Source: Vulcanimicrobiaceae bacterium (GTDB taxonomy: Bacteria; Vulcanimicrobiota; Vulcanimicrobiia; Vulcanimicrobiales; Vulcanimicrobiaceae). Taken from it: a stretch of DNA of 64,000 bases. The DNA is taken from the NCBI GenBank assembly GCA_035650875.1, contig DASRGU010000013.1, positions 14,495 to 78,494 of the forward strand, written 5' to 3'. The notes below the pieces were generated by a model, which made no database searches, was not told the origin of the DNA, and saw nothing but the letters and a program-made list of their open reading frames with translations. Positions within the stretch are counted from its first letter, which is position 1; each line of letters starts with the position of its first letter. A program made the translations under genes and the position numbers. This document shows positions 19,127-29,095 of this stretch, piece after piece.

Positions 19127-20235
19127 GTGGTGAGATCCGCGGAGAGCAGCATGTCGTCGCCGAGGCGTTCGCTGCGATCGAAGCGCCATCCGTTCACGGC
19201 CGCGACGTCCGCGCCGGCGAGCACCGGCACGGCGTCGTCTCCGCGCAGCAGCCTCGGCGCGATCAGCCACACGAGCCGCTGCACCAGATTGCCGGCCAGC
19301 AGCCTTCCGGCCAGCGTCGGGCCGCCCTCGCACAGCACGCTCGCGATCCCGCGCTCGCGCAGCGCGACGAGGGCCGCTTCGAGGTCCAGCGTCGCGGCAT
19401 CCGGCGCGCCCGCGTACACGACGTCCGCACGGCCTTCGAGCGCCGCGAAGCGGTCGCGCGCGGCGCCCGGCGCCAGCACGATCGTCGGCGCGTACGCGCC
19501 GAGCGGCGCGTCGTCCACCGTCCGCAGGACGGCGCTCTCCGGCGAGATCGGATCGCGCTCGCAAACGACGACGCGCACGTACGGCTTGCGACGCGAGCGA
19601 TGCGGACGCACGGTGAGCAGCGGATCGTCGACGCGAATCGTTCCCGCGCCGACCATCACGGCGTCGTGGTCCGCACGCAGGTCGCGGACGCGCTCGCGGG
19701 CGAGCGGGCCGGTGAGCCAATCCTGTTCGCCGCGGTGCGCCGAGACGTAGCCGTCGAGCGACATCGCCATCTTCAGCGTCACGTACGGGCGATCGTGCGC
19801 GATCGTCCAGCGGAAGCGCTCGATCAGCGCGCGCGACGCCGTGTCGTCGAGCACGTCGACCGCCACGCCGTTCTCGCGCAGCCGCGCCACGCCGCTCGCC
19901 GCCGTCTTCGGATTCGGGTCGAGCGCGCCGGCGACAACGCGCGCGACGCCGGCTTCGAGCAGCGCGTTCGTGCACGGCGGCGTGCGTCCGTGGTGGTTGC
20001 ACGGCTCCAGCGAGACGTACGCCGTCGCTCCGCGCGCGTCGTTCCCGCGCGTGCGCGCGTCGCGAAGCGCCTCGACTTCGGCGTGCGCCTCGCCGCGACG
20101 GCGATGCCATCCCTCGCCGAGCGTCACGCCGTCGCGCACGAGCACGCAGCCGACCGGCGGATTCGGCGCCGCGTCGGCGATCGCGCGCGACGCCAGCTCG
20201 ACGGCGCGCGCCAGGTACGTCGCGTCGACGCTTAC
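19111..20235 (-). CDS. ribD: Riboflavin biosynthesis deaminase/reductase; start codon uncertain
   Basis: PNPPVGCVLV, HAEVEAL, SLEPCNHHGRTPPC, KMAMSLDG, EGGPTLAG; the expected start position reads GTA (in-frame ATG upstream at 20316). Confidence 0.92.
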   Translation of the reverse strand, partial: VSVDATYLARAVELASRAIADAAPNPPVGCVLVRDGVTLGEGWHRRRGEAHAEVEALRDARTRGNDARGATAYVSLEPCNHHGRTPPCTNALLEAGVARVVAGALDPNPKTAASGVARLRENGVAVDVLDDTASRALIERFRWTIAHDRPYVTLKMAMSLDGYVSAHRGEQDWLTGPLARERVRDLRADHDAVMVGAGTIRVDDPLLTVRPHRSRRKPYVRVVVCERDPISPESAVLRTVDDAPLGAYAPTIVLAPGAARDRFAALEGRADVVYAGAPDAATLDLEAALVALRERGIASVLCEGGPTLAGRLLAGNLVQRLVWLIAPRLLRGDDAVPVLAGADVAAVNGWRFDRSERLGDDMLLSADLTTCSPA

Positions 20236-20513
20236 GGCTTCACCTCGACGCCCTTCCAGAAAGCGACGTACCCCTCGATGTTCTTCGCCGCGTCTTTCGC
20301 CTGCGGGTAGTACCACGCCGCGTCACGGTTCTGCGCGCCGTCGACCTCGACGGTGTAGTAGCTTGCGGTGCCCTTCCACGGGCAGACGCTGTGGGTGTCC
20401 GAAGCCCGGAAGAACTCGCGCTTCACCGCGTCGGGCGGGAAGTAGTGGTTGCCCTCGACGACTTCGGTGCGGTCGCTTTCGGCCAGGACGGCCCCGTTCC
20501 AGATCGCTTTCAT
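20232..20513 (-). CDS. DUF427 domain protein
   Basis: MKAIWNGAVLAESD, EGNHYFPP, CPWKGTASYY, AAWYYP. Confidence 0.92.
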   Translation of the reverse strand: MKAIWNGAVLAESDRTEVVEGNHYFPPDAVKREFFRASDTHSVCPWKGTASYYTVEVDGAQNRDAAWYYPQAKDAAKNIEGYVAFWKGVEVKP

Positions 20514-20556
20514 GCGACGTCATCGACCGGCCGACGAAATGGAATGGTTCCAGCGG

Positions 20557-21147
20557 TCAGTCCTCCGTCCGCGCGAGGACGACGAACCGGCGGACGCGGG
20601 CGCCGGCGGCCCGCACCGCGGCGGCCGCGTCCCCGAGCGTCGCGCCGGTCGTGCAGACGTCGTCGAGCAGCGTCACCTCGGCCGGGACGCTCGCGCCGCG
20701 GCGGATGCGGAAGCGGCCGCGGGCCAGCAGGCGGGCATGCCGGTTGCGGCCGGCCTGCGCGCCGCCCCGCTTCTCCAGCACGTCGGCGTACGGTGCGCGG
20801 CGCGCCGCGGCGAACCGGCGCGCCAGCTCGACGCTTTGGTCGAAGCCGCGCTGCGCCGCACGGGCCCGCGACGTCGGCACGGGGACGAGCACGCCGTCGA
20901 GCGGCGCGCGCTCCTCCAGCAGCGCCCCGAACGCATCGAGCGGATCGCGCTCGCCGCGCTTCATCGCGACGATCGCCTCGCGCAATGCGCCCTCGTAGGG
21001 CCCGAGCGCGAACGCCGGAACGCCCTCGAGCGCGAAGCTCAGCGCCTCGGTGGGATGCGGCTCGCAGCCGCGGCACAGCGCGGGCCCCGGCTCGCCGCAC
21101 GCCGCGCACGCGGACGGAAAGAGCCACGACCGAATCCAGTCCAGCAC
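20557..21147 (-). CDS. comF: ComF family phosphoribosyltransferase-like protein
   Basis: CAACG..LCRGC zinc finger, RGFDQS, LLDDVCTTGATL. Confidence 0.88.
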   Translation of the reverse strand: MLDWIRSWLFPSACAACGEPGPALCRGCEPHPTEALSFALEGVPAFALGPYEGALREAIVAMKRGERDPLDAFGALLEERAPLDGVLVPVPTSRARAAQRGFDQSVELARRFAAARRAPYADVLEKRGGAQAGRNRHARLLARGRFRIRRGASVPAEVTLLDDVCTTGATLGDAAAAVRAAGARVRRFVVLARTED

Positions 21148-21189
21148 ACCGCTCGTTCACGCCGCGACGCGGCCGCGGCAAGGGGCTCC

Positions 21190-22221
21190 CTACGCCGACG
21201 CGGCGTCGGGCTCGTTGGCGACGATCGCATCGGTCAGCGTCACGCCGTCGTCGACGCGATAGCGCTCGCCGACGATGGCGTCGCGAAGCGTCGCGCCGGA
21301 GCCGATCCGCGCGCCGTCCCACACGATCGCGCGCTCGAGGACCGCGCCGTCGCCGATCTCGACGTCGTCGCCGACGACGCTCGGTCCGGCGATCCGCACG
21401 CCGTGCCCGATCCGCACGCCTTCGCCGACGCGCACGTCGCCCTCGATGCGCGCGTCGGGCGGGACGGTGACGCTCGCCGGGACGCCGGTGGCGCGGGCGC
21501 CGTGAACGCGCACGCGTCCGCTCAGCACGTCCTCGTTCGCCGCGCGGTACTCGCCGGGCGTGCCGACGTCGCGCCAGTACGCGCCCGCGAGCTGCATCGC
21601 GTAGAACGGGAGCCCGTCGCGCAGCAGCTCGGGAAAAACCTGCTTGCCGAAATCGTAGAACGTGTTCGCCGGAATCCGCTCGAAGATCGCAGGCTCGAAG
21701 ACGTAGATGCCGGTGTTCGCGAGCTTCGAGCGCTCGGTGCCGCGCGCCGGCTTCTCTTGAAAACCCGTCACGCGGCCGTTCTCGTCGACGATCACGACGC
21801 CGTACTGCTCGACGTCCTCGACCTCGAGCAATCCGATCGTGGCGAGCGCGCGACGCTCCTTGTGAAAACGCACGAGCGAGGCGAGATCGGCGTCGGTCAG
21901 ATCGTCGCAGCCGACGACGACGAACGTGCCGTCGAACCAGCCCTCCATCTGCTTGAGCGCGCCCGCGCTTCCGGTCAGTTCCTTCTCGCGCAGGTACTCG
22001 AGCTTCACGCCGTAGCGGCTGCCGTCGCCGAACGTGCGCTCCACCTTCTCGGCGAGATAGAACACGTTGATCGCGATCTCGTCGTAGCCGAACGACGCCA
22101 GCCAGCGCATCACCTGACCGCTGATCGGCTCGCCCGCGACGGGGACGATCGGCTTCGGGACTTCCTTGGTGAGCGGATAGAGCCGCGTGCTCAGGCCGCC
22201 CGCGAGAATCATCGCGCGCAT
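21190..22221 (-). CDS. NDP-sugar synthase (mannose-1-phosphate guanylyltransferase-like)
   Basis: ILAGGLSTRLYPLT..PKP, EKP, WRDVGTP, C-terminal hexapeptide repeats. Confidence 0.9.
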   Translation of the reverse strand: MRAMILAGGLSTRLYPLTKEVPKPIVPVAGEPISGQVMRWLASFGYDEIAINVFYLAEKVERTFGDGSRYGVKLEYLREKELTGSAGALKQMEGWFDGTFVVVGCDDLTDADLASLVRFHKERRALATIGLLEVEDVEQYGVVIVDENGRVTGFQEKPARGTERSKLANTGIYVFEPAIFERIPANTFYDFGKQVFPELLRDGLPFYAMQLAGAYWRDVGTPGEYRAANEDVLSGRVRVHGARATGVPASVTVPPDARIEGDVRVGEGVRIGHGVRIAGPSVVGDDVEIGDGAVLERAIVWDGARIGSGATLRDAIVGERYRVDDGVTLTDAIVANEPDAASA

Positions 22222-22988
22222 CAGCTCTTGCTATTCCCGTGTTTCCGTTCGGCGAGCGCTTCGCCGAGCGCTGCGGCCGCGAAGCGGGGAAGCGCGAGCT
22301 GCCGGCGCCAGCGGCGCGGCTCCTTCGCGAGCCGGTAGGCCCACTCCAGCCCCGCTTTGCGGAAGGCGGCCGGCGCACGCGCGACGTTTCCCGCATACAC
22401 GTCGAGCGAGCCGCCGATGCCGATGCCGACGCCGCAGCCGCTCGCGGGCAGCCAGCGCGCGAGCCACAGCTCCTGCTTCGGCGATCCGAGCCCGGTGCAC
22501 AGCACGTTCGCACCGGAAGCACGGATCGCGTCCGCGACGCCTCCGCTCTCGGCGTCGCCGAAGTAGCCGTCGCGCGTGCCGACGATGGCCGCGCCGGGAT
22601 GCGCGCGCCGCAGCGCGTCCGCGGCGCGCTCCGCCGTATCGCGCGCACCGCCGAGCAGAAACAGCCGCACGTCGCCGCGCGCCGCCGAGCGTTGCGCGAG
22701 CGCGCCGACCAGCTCGACGCCGGTGACGCGCTCGCGCAGCGGTCCGCCGCGCAGCTTCGAGGCCAGCAGCAATCCCACGGTGTCGCACGTGACGAGCGCG
22801 GCGTCGTTCACGACGCGCGCGAACGCCGGGTGGCGCCGCGCCGCCATCACCATCTCGACACCGAGCGTGACGACGAGCGAAGGGCGCTCGCCGGCTGCGA
22901 GCGCGACGATGCGTTCCACCGCCTCCTCGCGCGTGACCGCGTCGACGCGGCAGCCGAGAACGGTGAACGCCCGGGACGATCCGATCAA
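22221..22988 (-). CDS. WecB/TagA/CpsF family glycosyltransferase
   Basis: TTG start overlapping dapA stop; RVTGVEL, GLGSPKQELW, GIGGSLD, GLEWAYRLAKEPRR. Confidence 0.9.
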   Translation of the reverse strand: MIGSSRAFTVLGCRVDAVTREEAVERIVALAAGERPSLVVTLGVEMVMAARRHPAFARVVNDAALVTCDTVGLLLASKLRGGPLRERVTGVELVGALAQRSAARGDVRLFLLGGARDTAERAADALRRAHPGAAIVGTRDGYFGDAESGGVADAIRASGANVLCTGLGSPKQELWLARWLPASGCGVGIGIGGSLDVYAGNVARAPAAFRKAGLEWAYRLAKEPRRWRRQLALPRFAAAALGEALAERKHGNSKS

Positions 22989-23869
22989 GGGCGGTACGGC
23001 GCGATCAGCGGCTCGAGCGTCGCCTTCAGCGCTTCGGGCATCGCGCCGAGCGGTGAGCGGCAGGCGCCGGTCTTGAAGCCCAGGGCGCTCATCACCCACT
23101 TCACGGGGATCGGGTTCGTCGTCTGGAACAGCGCGCTCACCAGCGGCGAAAGATCGCGATGGATGCGTGCCGCCGTGTCGACGTCGCCCGCGTCGAACGC
23201 CTCGGCCATCGCGCGCAGCTCGCGCCCGACGAGATGGCCCGCGACCGAGATCAGCCCGTAGCCGCCGATCGCGAGCGACGGCAGAAAGATGTAGTCGTCG
23301 CCGCACCAGAACGTCACGTCCTCGCGGGTCCGATCGCGGAGGATCGCGGTGAACTGGTTGACGTCGCCGGTCGATTCCTTGATGCCCGCGATCGTCGCGT
23401 GCCGCCGCGTCAGCTCGTGAAACATCGCGGGCGGCATGTTGACCGCGGTGCGGCCGGGGATGTTGTAGACGATCAACGGCAGCTGCGTGCACTCGGCGAT
23501 CGCGCCGAAGTGGGTGAGCATGCCGTCGGGCGTCGGCTTCACGTAGGCGGGGACCGTGGCGAGGATGCCGTCGACGCCGCACTCCGCCGCGCGCTTCGTC
23601 AGCTCCACCGAGTGCCGCGTGTTGTTCCCGCCCGTTCCGGCGATCACGGTGGCGCGATCGCCCAGCGCGCGTTTGATCTCCGCGAACAGCTTCAGCTTCT
23701 CGCCGGTCTCGAGCGCGTTGCCCTCGCCCGTCGAGCCCGCCACGACGACTCCGTCGTTCCCGCGTTCGACGAGGAACTCGGCGACGCGCACCGCTTCGGC
23801 GACGTCGATCTCGCCGCGCTCGTCGAACGGCGTGATCATCGCCGTGAGCATACGCCCCAGCGATCTCAT
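22985..23869 (-). CDS. dapA: 4-hydroxy-tetrahydrodipicolinate synthase
   Basis: TAMITPF, GSTGE, PAYVKP, YNIPGRT, GIKESTGD. Confidence 0.95.
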   Translation of the reverse strand: MRSLGRMLTAMITPFDERGEIDVAEAVRVAEFLVERGNDGVVVAGSTGEGNALETGEKLKLFAEIKRALGDRATVIAGTGGNNTRHSVELTKRAAECGVDGILATVPAYVKPTPDGMLTHFGAIAECTQLPLIVYNIPGRTAVNMPPAMFHELTRRHATIAGIKESTGDVNQFTAILRDRTREDVTFWCGDDYIFLPSLAIGGYGLISVAGHLVGRELRAMAEAFDAGDVDTAARIHRDLSPLVSALFQTTNPIPVKWVMSALGFKTGACRSPLGAMPEALKATLEPLIAPYRP

Positions 23870-25080
23870 CGCGCCACCGTGCTGCGGCCCAGCCGGAAGG
23901 CGTCGTGGAGCGCCTGCTCCGCGACCGTCGCCTGGTCGGCCGGGACGAGGATCGAGATCGTGATGTTCGAGTCGGTGGAGTGGATGATCTCGACGCCGGC
24001 TTGCGCGATCGTGCTCACGACGCGATACATCACGCCGGAGGTTCCGCGCATCCCTGCGCCGACGACCGAGATCTTCGCGCAGTGCGGGCGCATTCGCAAC
24101 GCCAAATTGAGATCGGCCAGCGCGGGCCGGATCGCCTCGGCGTGCTCGTCGTCGACGATGAAGAACACGCCGGCGTCGTTCACGTTCACCATGTCGATCG
24201 AGATGCCGCGCTCGGCGACCCGTGCGAGCACGTCGCGGTCCACGTCGGAGCGGTCCGTCTCCTGCGTCAGCCCCTGGATGATGCGGCAGAACGTGACGTC
24301 GGGGATGATGGCGACGCCGCTGACGGGACGGCTCGGATCGACCGGCGCGTCGTCGTCGACGGTCGTGCCGACGTTGCTGCGCAGCCCCTTGACGACGTAC
24401 GGCGTCTTCGTCGCGTGCGCCAGCTCCGCGGCCTTGCTGTGCATCACTTTCGCGCCGTTTCCGGCAAGCTCCACCATCTCGGCCTGCGTCACGCGGTCCA
24501 TCGCGTGCGCGCCGGCGATGCGGCGCGGATCGGCCGTCATCACGCCGGAGACGTCGGTGTAGATCTCGACCGAAGCCGCTTCGAGCGCGTCGCCGAGCGC
24601 GACCGCCGTCAGGTCGCTCCCGCCGCGCCCGAGCGTCGTGATCGCGCCGTCCCGCGTCCCGCCTTGAAACCCCGTCACGACCGGCACGACGCCCTCGTCG
24701 AGCAGCGCGCGCACCGGCGCCGGATCGATCTCGACGATCTCCGCGTCGCCGTAGCGGTCGTCGGTGCGGATCCCGGCCTGCAGTCCGGTCATCGCCTGCG
24801 CGGGCTGCCCGAGCGAGACGAGCAGCTCGGCGAAGACCGCGCACGCGATCATCTCGCCGCACGCGAGCAGCAGATCGCGGTTCGGCCCGCCGCGCGCGGG
24901 TCCGACGAGGCGCAGCAGCGAGTCGGTCGCGTACGGTTCCGGAGCGCGGCCGATCGCCGAGCAGACGACCACGACGCGGTCGCCGCGCCGCAGCGCTTCG
25001 AGCACGCGCGAGGCGGCGATCTCGCGCAGCTCCGGCGTCGCGAGCGAGGATCCGCCGAACTTCTGCACGACCACGCTCAC
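23866..25080 (-). CDS. lysC: Aspartate kinase
   Basis: VQKFGGSS, TLGRGGSDLTAV, YTDVSGVMTADPR, two ACT domains. Confidence 0.93.
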   Translation of the reverse strand: MSVVVQKFGGSSLATPELREIAASRVLEALRRGDRVVVVCSAIGRAPEPYATDSLLRLVGPARGGPNRDLLLACGEMIACAVFAELLVSLGQPAQAMTGLQAGIRTDDRYGDAEIVEIDPAPVRALLDEGVVPVVTGFQGGTRDGAITTLGRGGSDLTAVALGDALEAASVEIYTDVSGVMTADPRRIAGAHAMDRVTQAEMVELAGNGAKVMHSKAAELAHATKTPYVVKGLRSNVGTTVDDDAPVDPSRPVSGVAIIPDVTFCRIIQGLTQETDRSDVDRDVLARVAERGISIDMVNVNDAGVFFIVDDEHAEAIRPALADLNLALRMRPHCAKISVVGAGMRGTSGVMYRVVSTIAQAGVEIIHSTDSNITISILVPADQATVAEQALHDAFRLGRSTVAR

Positions 25081-26081
25081 CGCGCCGGCTCCTTCGCGAA
25101 GCGCCCGCGCGCGATCAACAGCTCGAGGATCTGCACGGCGTTGGTCGCCGCGCCTTTGCGGAGCTGATCGCCGACGACCCACATCTGGAAGCGCGTTCCG
25201 GTCGTGTCGTCCGACTCGACGCGCACGCGCGCGACGTGCACGAGATCGGTGTCCTCGACGTCGCGCGGCGTCACGATCCCGCGCTCGTGCAGCACGACGC
25301 CGGGCGCACGGCGCAGCGCGTCGTGCAGCTCGTCGACGCTCGTCGGGCGCGCCGTTTCGAGGAACACGGCCTCGCTGTGCGCGCGCCGCACCGGAACGCG
25401 AACCGTCGTAGCGGCGACGTGGAGGTCCGGGCGGTTCAGCATCTTGCGCGTCTCGGCGGCGACCTTCTGCTCTTCGCCGGTGTCGCCTTCGCCGTCGAAG
25501 CTGCCGACTTGCGGGACGACGTTGCGCAGGATCGGCGCCGCGAACGTGCCGTCCGGCGCTTCACCGTGCTCTTCGCGCTCGAGCGCGTCGAGGCCGGCTC
25601 GCCCCGCGCCGCTGACCGCCTGATACGTCGCCACGCGCACGCTGCGCAGCCCGACGGCGCGCTCGATCGGCGCGAGCGCGACGCACAGCACGATCGCCGT
25701 GCAGTTCGCGACCGGAAAGATGCGGTCGTCCTCGCCCACGGCGCCGGCGTTGACCTCGGGGACCACCAGCGGGATCCCGGGCGTCAGCCGGAACGTCGCG
25801 GAATTGTCGATGACGACGGCGCCCGCATCGACGAGCGCGCGGGCCAGCTCGGCGCTGGCGTCGTCGCTGGACGCGAAGAGCGCTACGTGAGGTCGATCGC
25901 CGGCGAGCCGCTCGCGCGTCGCCGCGAACACCGGGACCGTCTCGCCTCGAAACCGCACGCCTTCGGCGCGGTCGCGCGAGGCGTACGCGAGCAGCGCATC
26001 GACGCTCACATTCCGTTCCTCGAGCACGCGCAGGATCGCGCCGCCGACGACGCCGGTCGCGCCGATCACGGCGACCCTCAT
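25077..26081 (-). CDS. asd: Aspartate-semialdehyde dehydrogenase
   Basis: VIGATGVVG, IDNSATFR, PLVVPEVN, ANCT, YQAVSGAG, DQLRKGAATNAVQI. Confidence 0.95.
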   Translation of the reverse strand: MRVAVIGATGVVGGAILRVLEERNVSVDALLAYASRDRAEGVRFRGETVPVFAATRERLAGDRPHVALFASSDDASAELARALVDAGAVVIDNSATFRLTPGIPLVVPEVNAGAVGEDDRIFPVANCTAIVLCVALAPIERAVGLRSVRVATYQAVSGAGRAGLDALEREEHGEAPDGTFAAPILRNVVPQVGSFDGEGDTGEEQKVAAETRKMLNRPDLHVAATTVRVPVRRAHSEAVFLETARPTSVDELHDALRRAPGVVLHERGIVTPRDVEDTDLVHVARVRVESDDTTGTRFQMWVVGDQLRKGAATNAVQILELLIARGRFAKEPAR

Positions 26082-26821
26082 CGCGGCACCGCCTCGCGCG
26101 ACGCGCTCGCATCCAGGACGGCGTCGAGTCCGACGGTGAGCCCCGGCGGCATCGCGCGCACGGCGCGGACGGCGGCGACGATCCCCGGGCCGAAGGAGTC
26201 GCGCGAAAGCGTGTCGTGACGGATCGTCAGCGTCTCGCCGGTGCCGCCGAAGATCACTTCCTGGTGCGCGACGAGCCCCGGAAGGCGAACGCTGTGGATC
26301 GGCGGCGACGGTGCGCCGGTGCGCGCGACACGCTCGGCGGTGAGCCGCGCCGTCCCGCTCGGCGCGTCGCGCTTCGCGTCGTGGTGCAGCTCGACGATCT
26401 CGCAGCGCGGAAGCACGCGCGCCGCCTCCTCGGCGAAGCGCATCATCAGCAGGGCGCCGAACGAGAAGTTCGGCACGAGCAGCGCGGCGACGCCGCGCGC
26501 ACGCGCCTGCGCGTCGAGCGCGGCGCGGTCGTCGCCGCTCCAGCCCGTCGCGCCGATGACCGGAGCGACGCCCGCGTCGACGCACGCACGCGCGACGTCG
26601 AGCGTGACGGGCTGCACCGTGCAGTCGACGACGACGTCGAGACCGCGGGCGAGGAACGCGCGCAGGTCATCGTCGGTCACCACGCCGGAAGCGGCCGCTT
26701 CGCCGGCGCGGCGCGCGAACGCGGCCGCGAGCTGCAAGCCGGCGGCCGTTTCGATGGCGGAACAGGCGACGCGCCCTAGTCTCCCGAGCGCGCCGGCGAC
26801 GCCGACGCGCAGAATCGACAC
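26078..26821 (-). CDS. dapB: 4-hydroxy-tetrahydrodipicolinate reductase
   Basis: GVAGALGRLG, VIGATG, PNFSFG, ELHHDAKRDAPSGTA, HSVRLPGLVAHQEV. Confidence 0.95.
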   Translation of the reverse strand: MSILRVGVAGALGRLGRVACSAIETAAGLQLAAAFARRAGEAAASGVVTDDDLRAFLARGLDVVVDCTVQPVTLDVARACVDAGVAPVIGATGWSGDDRAALDAQARARGVAALLVPNFSFGALLMMRFAEEAARVLPRCEIVELHHDAKRDAPSGTARLTAERVARTGAPSPPIHSVRLPGLVAHQEVIFGGTGETLTIRHDTLSRDSFGPGIVAAVRAVRAMPPGLTVGLDAVLDASASREAVPR

Positions 26822-26829
26822 GGCGGCGG

Positions 26830-28995
26830 CTACACCTTTTCCAGCGGCGCGTATTTCAGCATGACCATCTTCTGCCCGACGTTCGGGAAGTTGATGGTCA
26901 GCAGCCCGTCGCCGCCGGCGCCGACCATGTCGACGACGGTGCCCTCGCCCCACTTCGGATGGCGCACCTTGTCGCCGGGTCCGAGCGACATGCCGACGCC
27001 CGCGCCGGCGTTCTCGTGGATCGAGACCTCGCGCCATCGGCCGCCGCCTGGGCGCGGGCCCGCGCCGCCGACCGGCGCGATCACCTCGACCGAGGGCATC
27101 TCCTCGATGAAGCGCGACTTCGGATGCGAGAACGTGTTGCCGAACAGCGTACGGCGCGCCGCGAACGACAGATACAGCCGGTCCATCGCGCGCGTCACGC
27201 CGACGTAGGCGAGACGGCGCTCTTCTTCCAGCTCCGTCATGTCGGTGAGCGCGCGCGTGTGCGGGAAGACGCCCTCTTCCAGACCGGTCAGGAAGACGAT
27301 CGGGAACTCGAGCCCCTTCGCCGCGTGCATCGTCATCAGCGTGACGAACGACGACTCGGGATCGAGCGTGTCGATGTCGCTGATGAGCGCGATGTTGGCG
27401 AGGAAGTCGTCGATCGTGTTGCCCTGCTCGGGGTTCTGCTCGAACTCGCGCGCGACGCCGATCAGCTCTTGCAGGTTCTCGATGCGCGCGCGTCCTTCGG
27501 CGGTCTCGTCGGCCTGCAGCTCGCGCAGGTAACCGGACTCCTCCATCACGGCGACGAGCAGATCGCTGACGCCCATCGTCTGCGCCTTGTCGCGCAGGTC
27601 GTTGATGAGCTCCGCGAAGCGCTCCAGCTCGCGCTGCTTCTTCGGCACCGCGCGCTTGAGCAGGTTCGAGTCGAAGACGGCCTGCCCGACCGAGACACCG
27701 CCCTGGTTCGCGGCTTCCAGCAGCGATGCGAGCGTCTGCTGCCCGATCGAACGGCGCGGAACGTTGACGATGCGGCGGAACGCGACCGCGTCGGACGGGT
27801 TCACGATGTAGCGCAGGTAGGACAGCATGTCCTTGACCTCGGTGCGCGCGTAGAAGCCGACGCCGCCGACGACCCGATACGGGATCCCCTCGGCGAGAAA
27901 GCCTTCTTCGAAGTAGCGCGACTGCGCGTTGGTGCGGTAGAGCACGAGAAAGTCGCGGTACGCGGCGCCTTCGCGCACGTGCTCCTTGATCTTCTCCATC
28001 ACGTAGCGCACTTCGGCGCGCTCGGACTCGGCCTGGAACGCGGTGATCGCGTCGCCGGCGGCGCGCTTCGTGAAGAGCTGCTTCGGATGGCGCGTATCGT
28101 TGTGCGCGACCAGCTCGTTCGCGGCGGTGAGGATCGTCTGCGTCGAGCGGTAGTTCTCTTCGAGCTTGAAGACCGTCGCGCCCGGGAAGTCCTCTTCGAA
28201 GCGCAGGATCATCCGGTAGTCGCTGCCGCGCCACGAGTAGATCGACTGATCGTCGTCGCCGACGACGGTGATGTTCCCGTGCTCCTTCGCGAGCGTCGCG
28301 ACGAGCTTGTACTGCGCGTAGTTGACGTCCTGATACTCGTCGACCAGGATGTACTTGAACTTCGTCTGGTAGCGCGCGCGCGCTTCTTCGTCTTGCTCGA
28401 GGAGCCTGATCGCGTTGGCGATCAGATCGTCGAAGTCGAGCCCGTTCGACTCGGCGAGACGGCGGTCGTACTCGCGGTAGACCTGCGCGAAGCGCTCGCC
28501 GGCGAACGACGGGTTCTTCTCTTCGTACTGGTCGGGCGTCCAGAGGTTGTTCTTGGCCTTGCTGATCTCGGCGAGCGCCGCGCCCGGGCCGATCTGCCGC
28601 TCGTCGAAGTCGAGGTCGGCGATGACGTCGCGGACGATCGCGCGCTGATCGGCGTCGTCCATGATCGCGAAGTTCGGCGCGATCCCGATCTTGCGGCCGT
28701 CGCGGCGCAGCATGCGCACGCACATCGCGTGGAAGGTGCCGACCCACAGGTCGCGCGCCGGCGCGCCGACCATGCGCTCGAGACGGGCTTTCATCTCGCC
28801 CGCCGCCTTGTTGGTGAAGGTGACGGCGAGGATCCGGTCGGGGAAAACCTTCTTCGTTTCGAGCAGGTACGCGATCCGGTGCGTGAGGACGCGGGTCTTG
28901 CCCGACCCGGCCCCGGCGAAGATCAGCACGGGGCCGTCAGTGTGCTCGACAGCCTCGCGCTGGACGTCGTTGAGGAGTTCGCTCTGCGCCAGCAT
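26830..28995 (-). CDS. pcrA: ATP-dependent DNA helicase PcrA/UvrD
   Basis: AGAGSGKTRVL, VDEYQDVN, EENYRST, MTMHAAKGLEF, EEERRLAYVGVTRA, C-terminal Tudor-like domain. Confidence 0.96.
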   Translation of the reverse strand: MLAQSELLNDVQREAVEHTDGPVLIFAGAGSGKTRVLTHRIAYLLETKKVFPDRILAVTFTNKAAGEMKARLERMVGAPARDLWVGTFHAMCVRMLRRDGRKIGIAPNFAIMDDADQRAIVRDVIADLDFDERQIGPGAALAEISKAKNNLWTPDQYEEKNPSFAGERFAQVYREYDRRLAESNGLDFDDLIANAIRLLEQDEEARARYQTKFKYILVDEYQDVNYAQYKLVATLAKEHGNITVVGDDDQSIYSWRGSDYRMILRFEEDFPGATVFKLEENYRSTQTILTAANELVAHNDTRHPKQLFTKRAAGDAITAFQAESERAEVRYVMEKIKEHVREGAAYRDFLVLYRTNAQSRYFEEGFLAEGIPYRVVGGVGFYARTEVKDMLSYLRYIVNPSDAVAFRRIVNVPRRSIGQQTLASLLEAANQGGVSVGQAVFDSNLLKRAVPKKQRELERFAELINDLRDKAQTMGVSDLLVAVMEESGYLRELQADETAEGRARIENLQELIGVAREFEQNPEQGNTIDDFLANIALISDIDTLDPESSFVTLMTMHAAKGLEFPIVFLTGLEEGVFPHTRALTDMTELEEERRLAYVGVTRAMDRLYLSFAARRTLFGNTFSHPKSRFIEEMPSVEVIAPVGGAGPRPGGGRWREVSIHENAGAGVGMSLGPGDKVRHPKWGEGTVVDMVGAGGDGLLTINFPNVGQKMVMLKYAPLEKV

Positions 28996-29095
28996 CAGGA
29001 CAATGTTCGCCGCGCAGGGCTCCGCGGCCTAGCGGCGCGCCGCGCCCGCTCCGCACAGGTGTTCGACGGAAGCGCGAGCGCGGAGATGTCGACTT

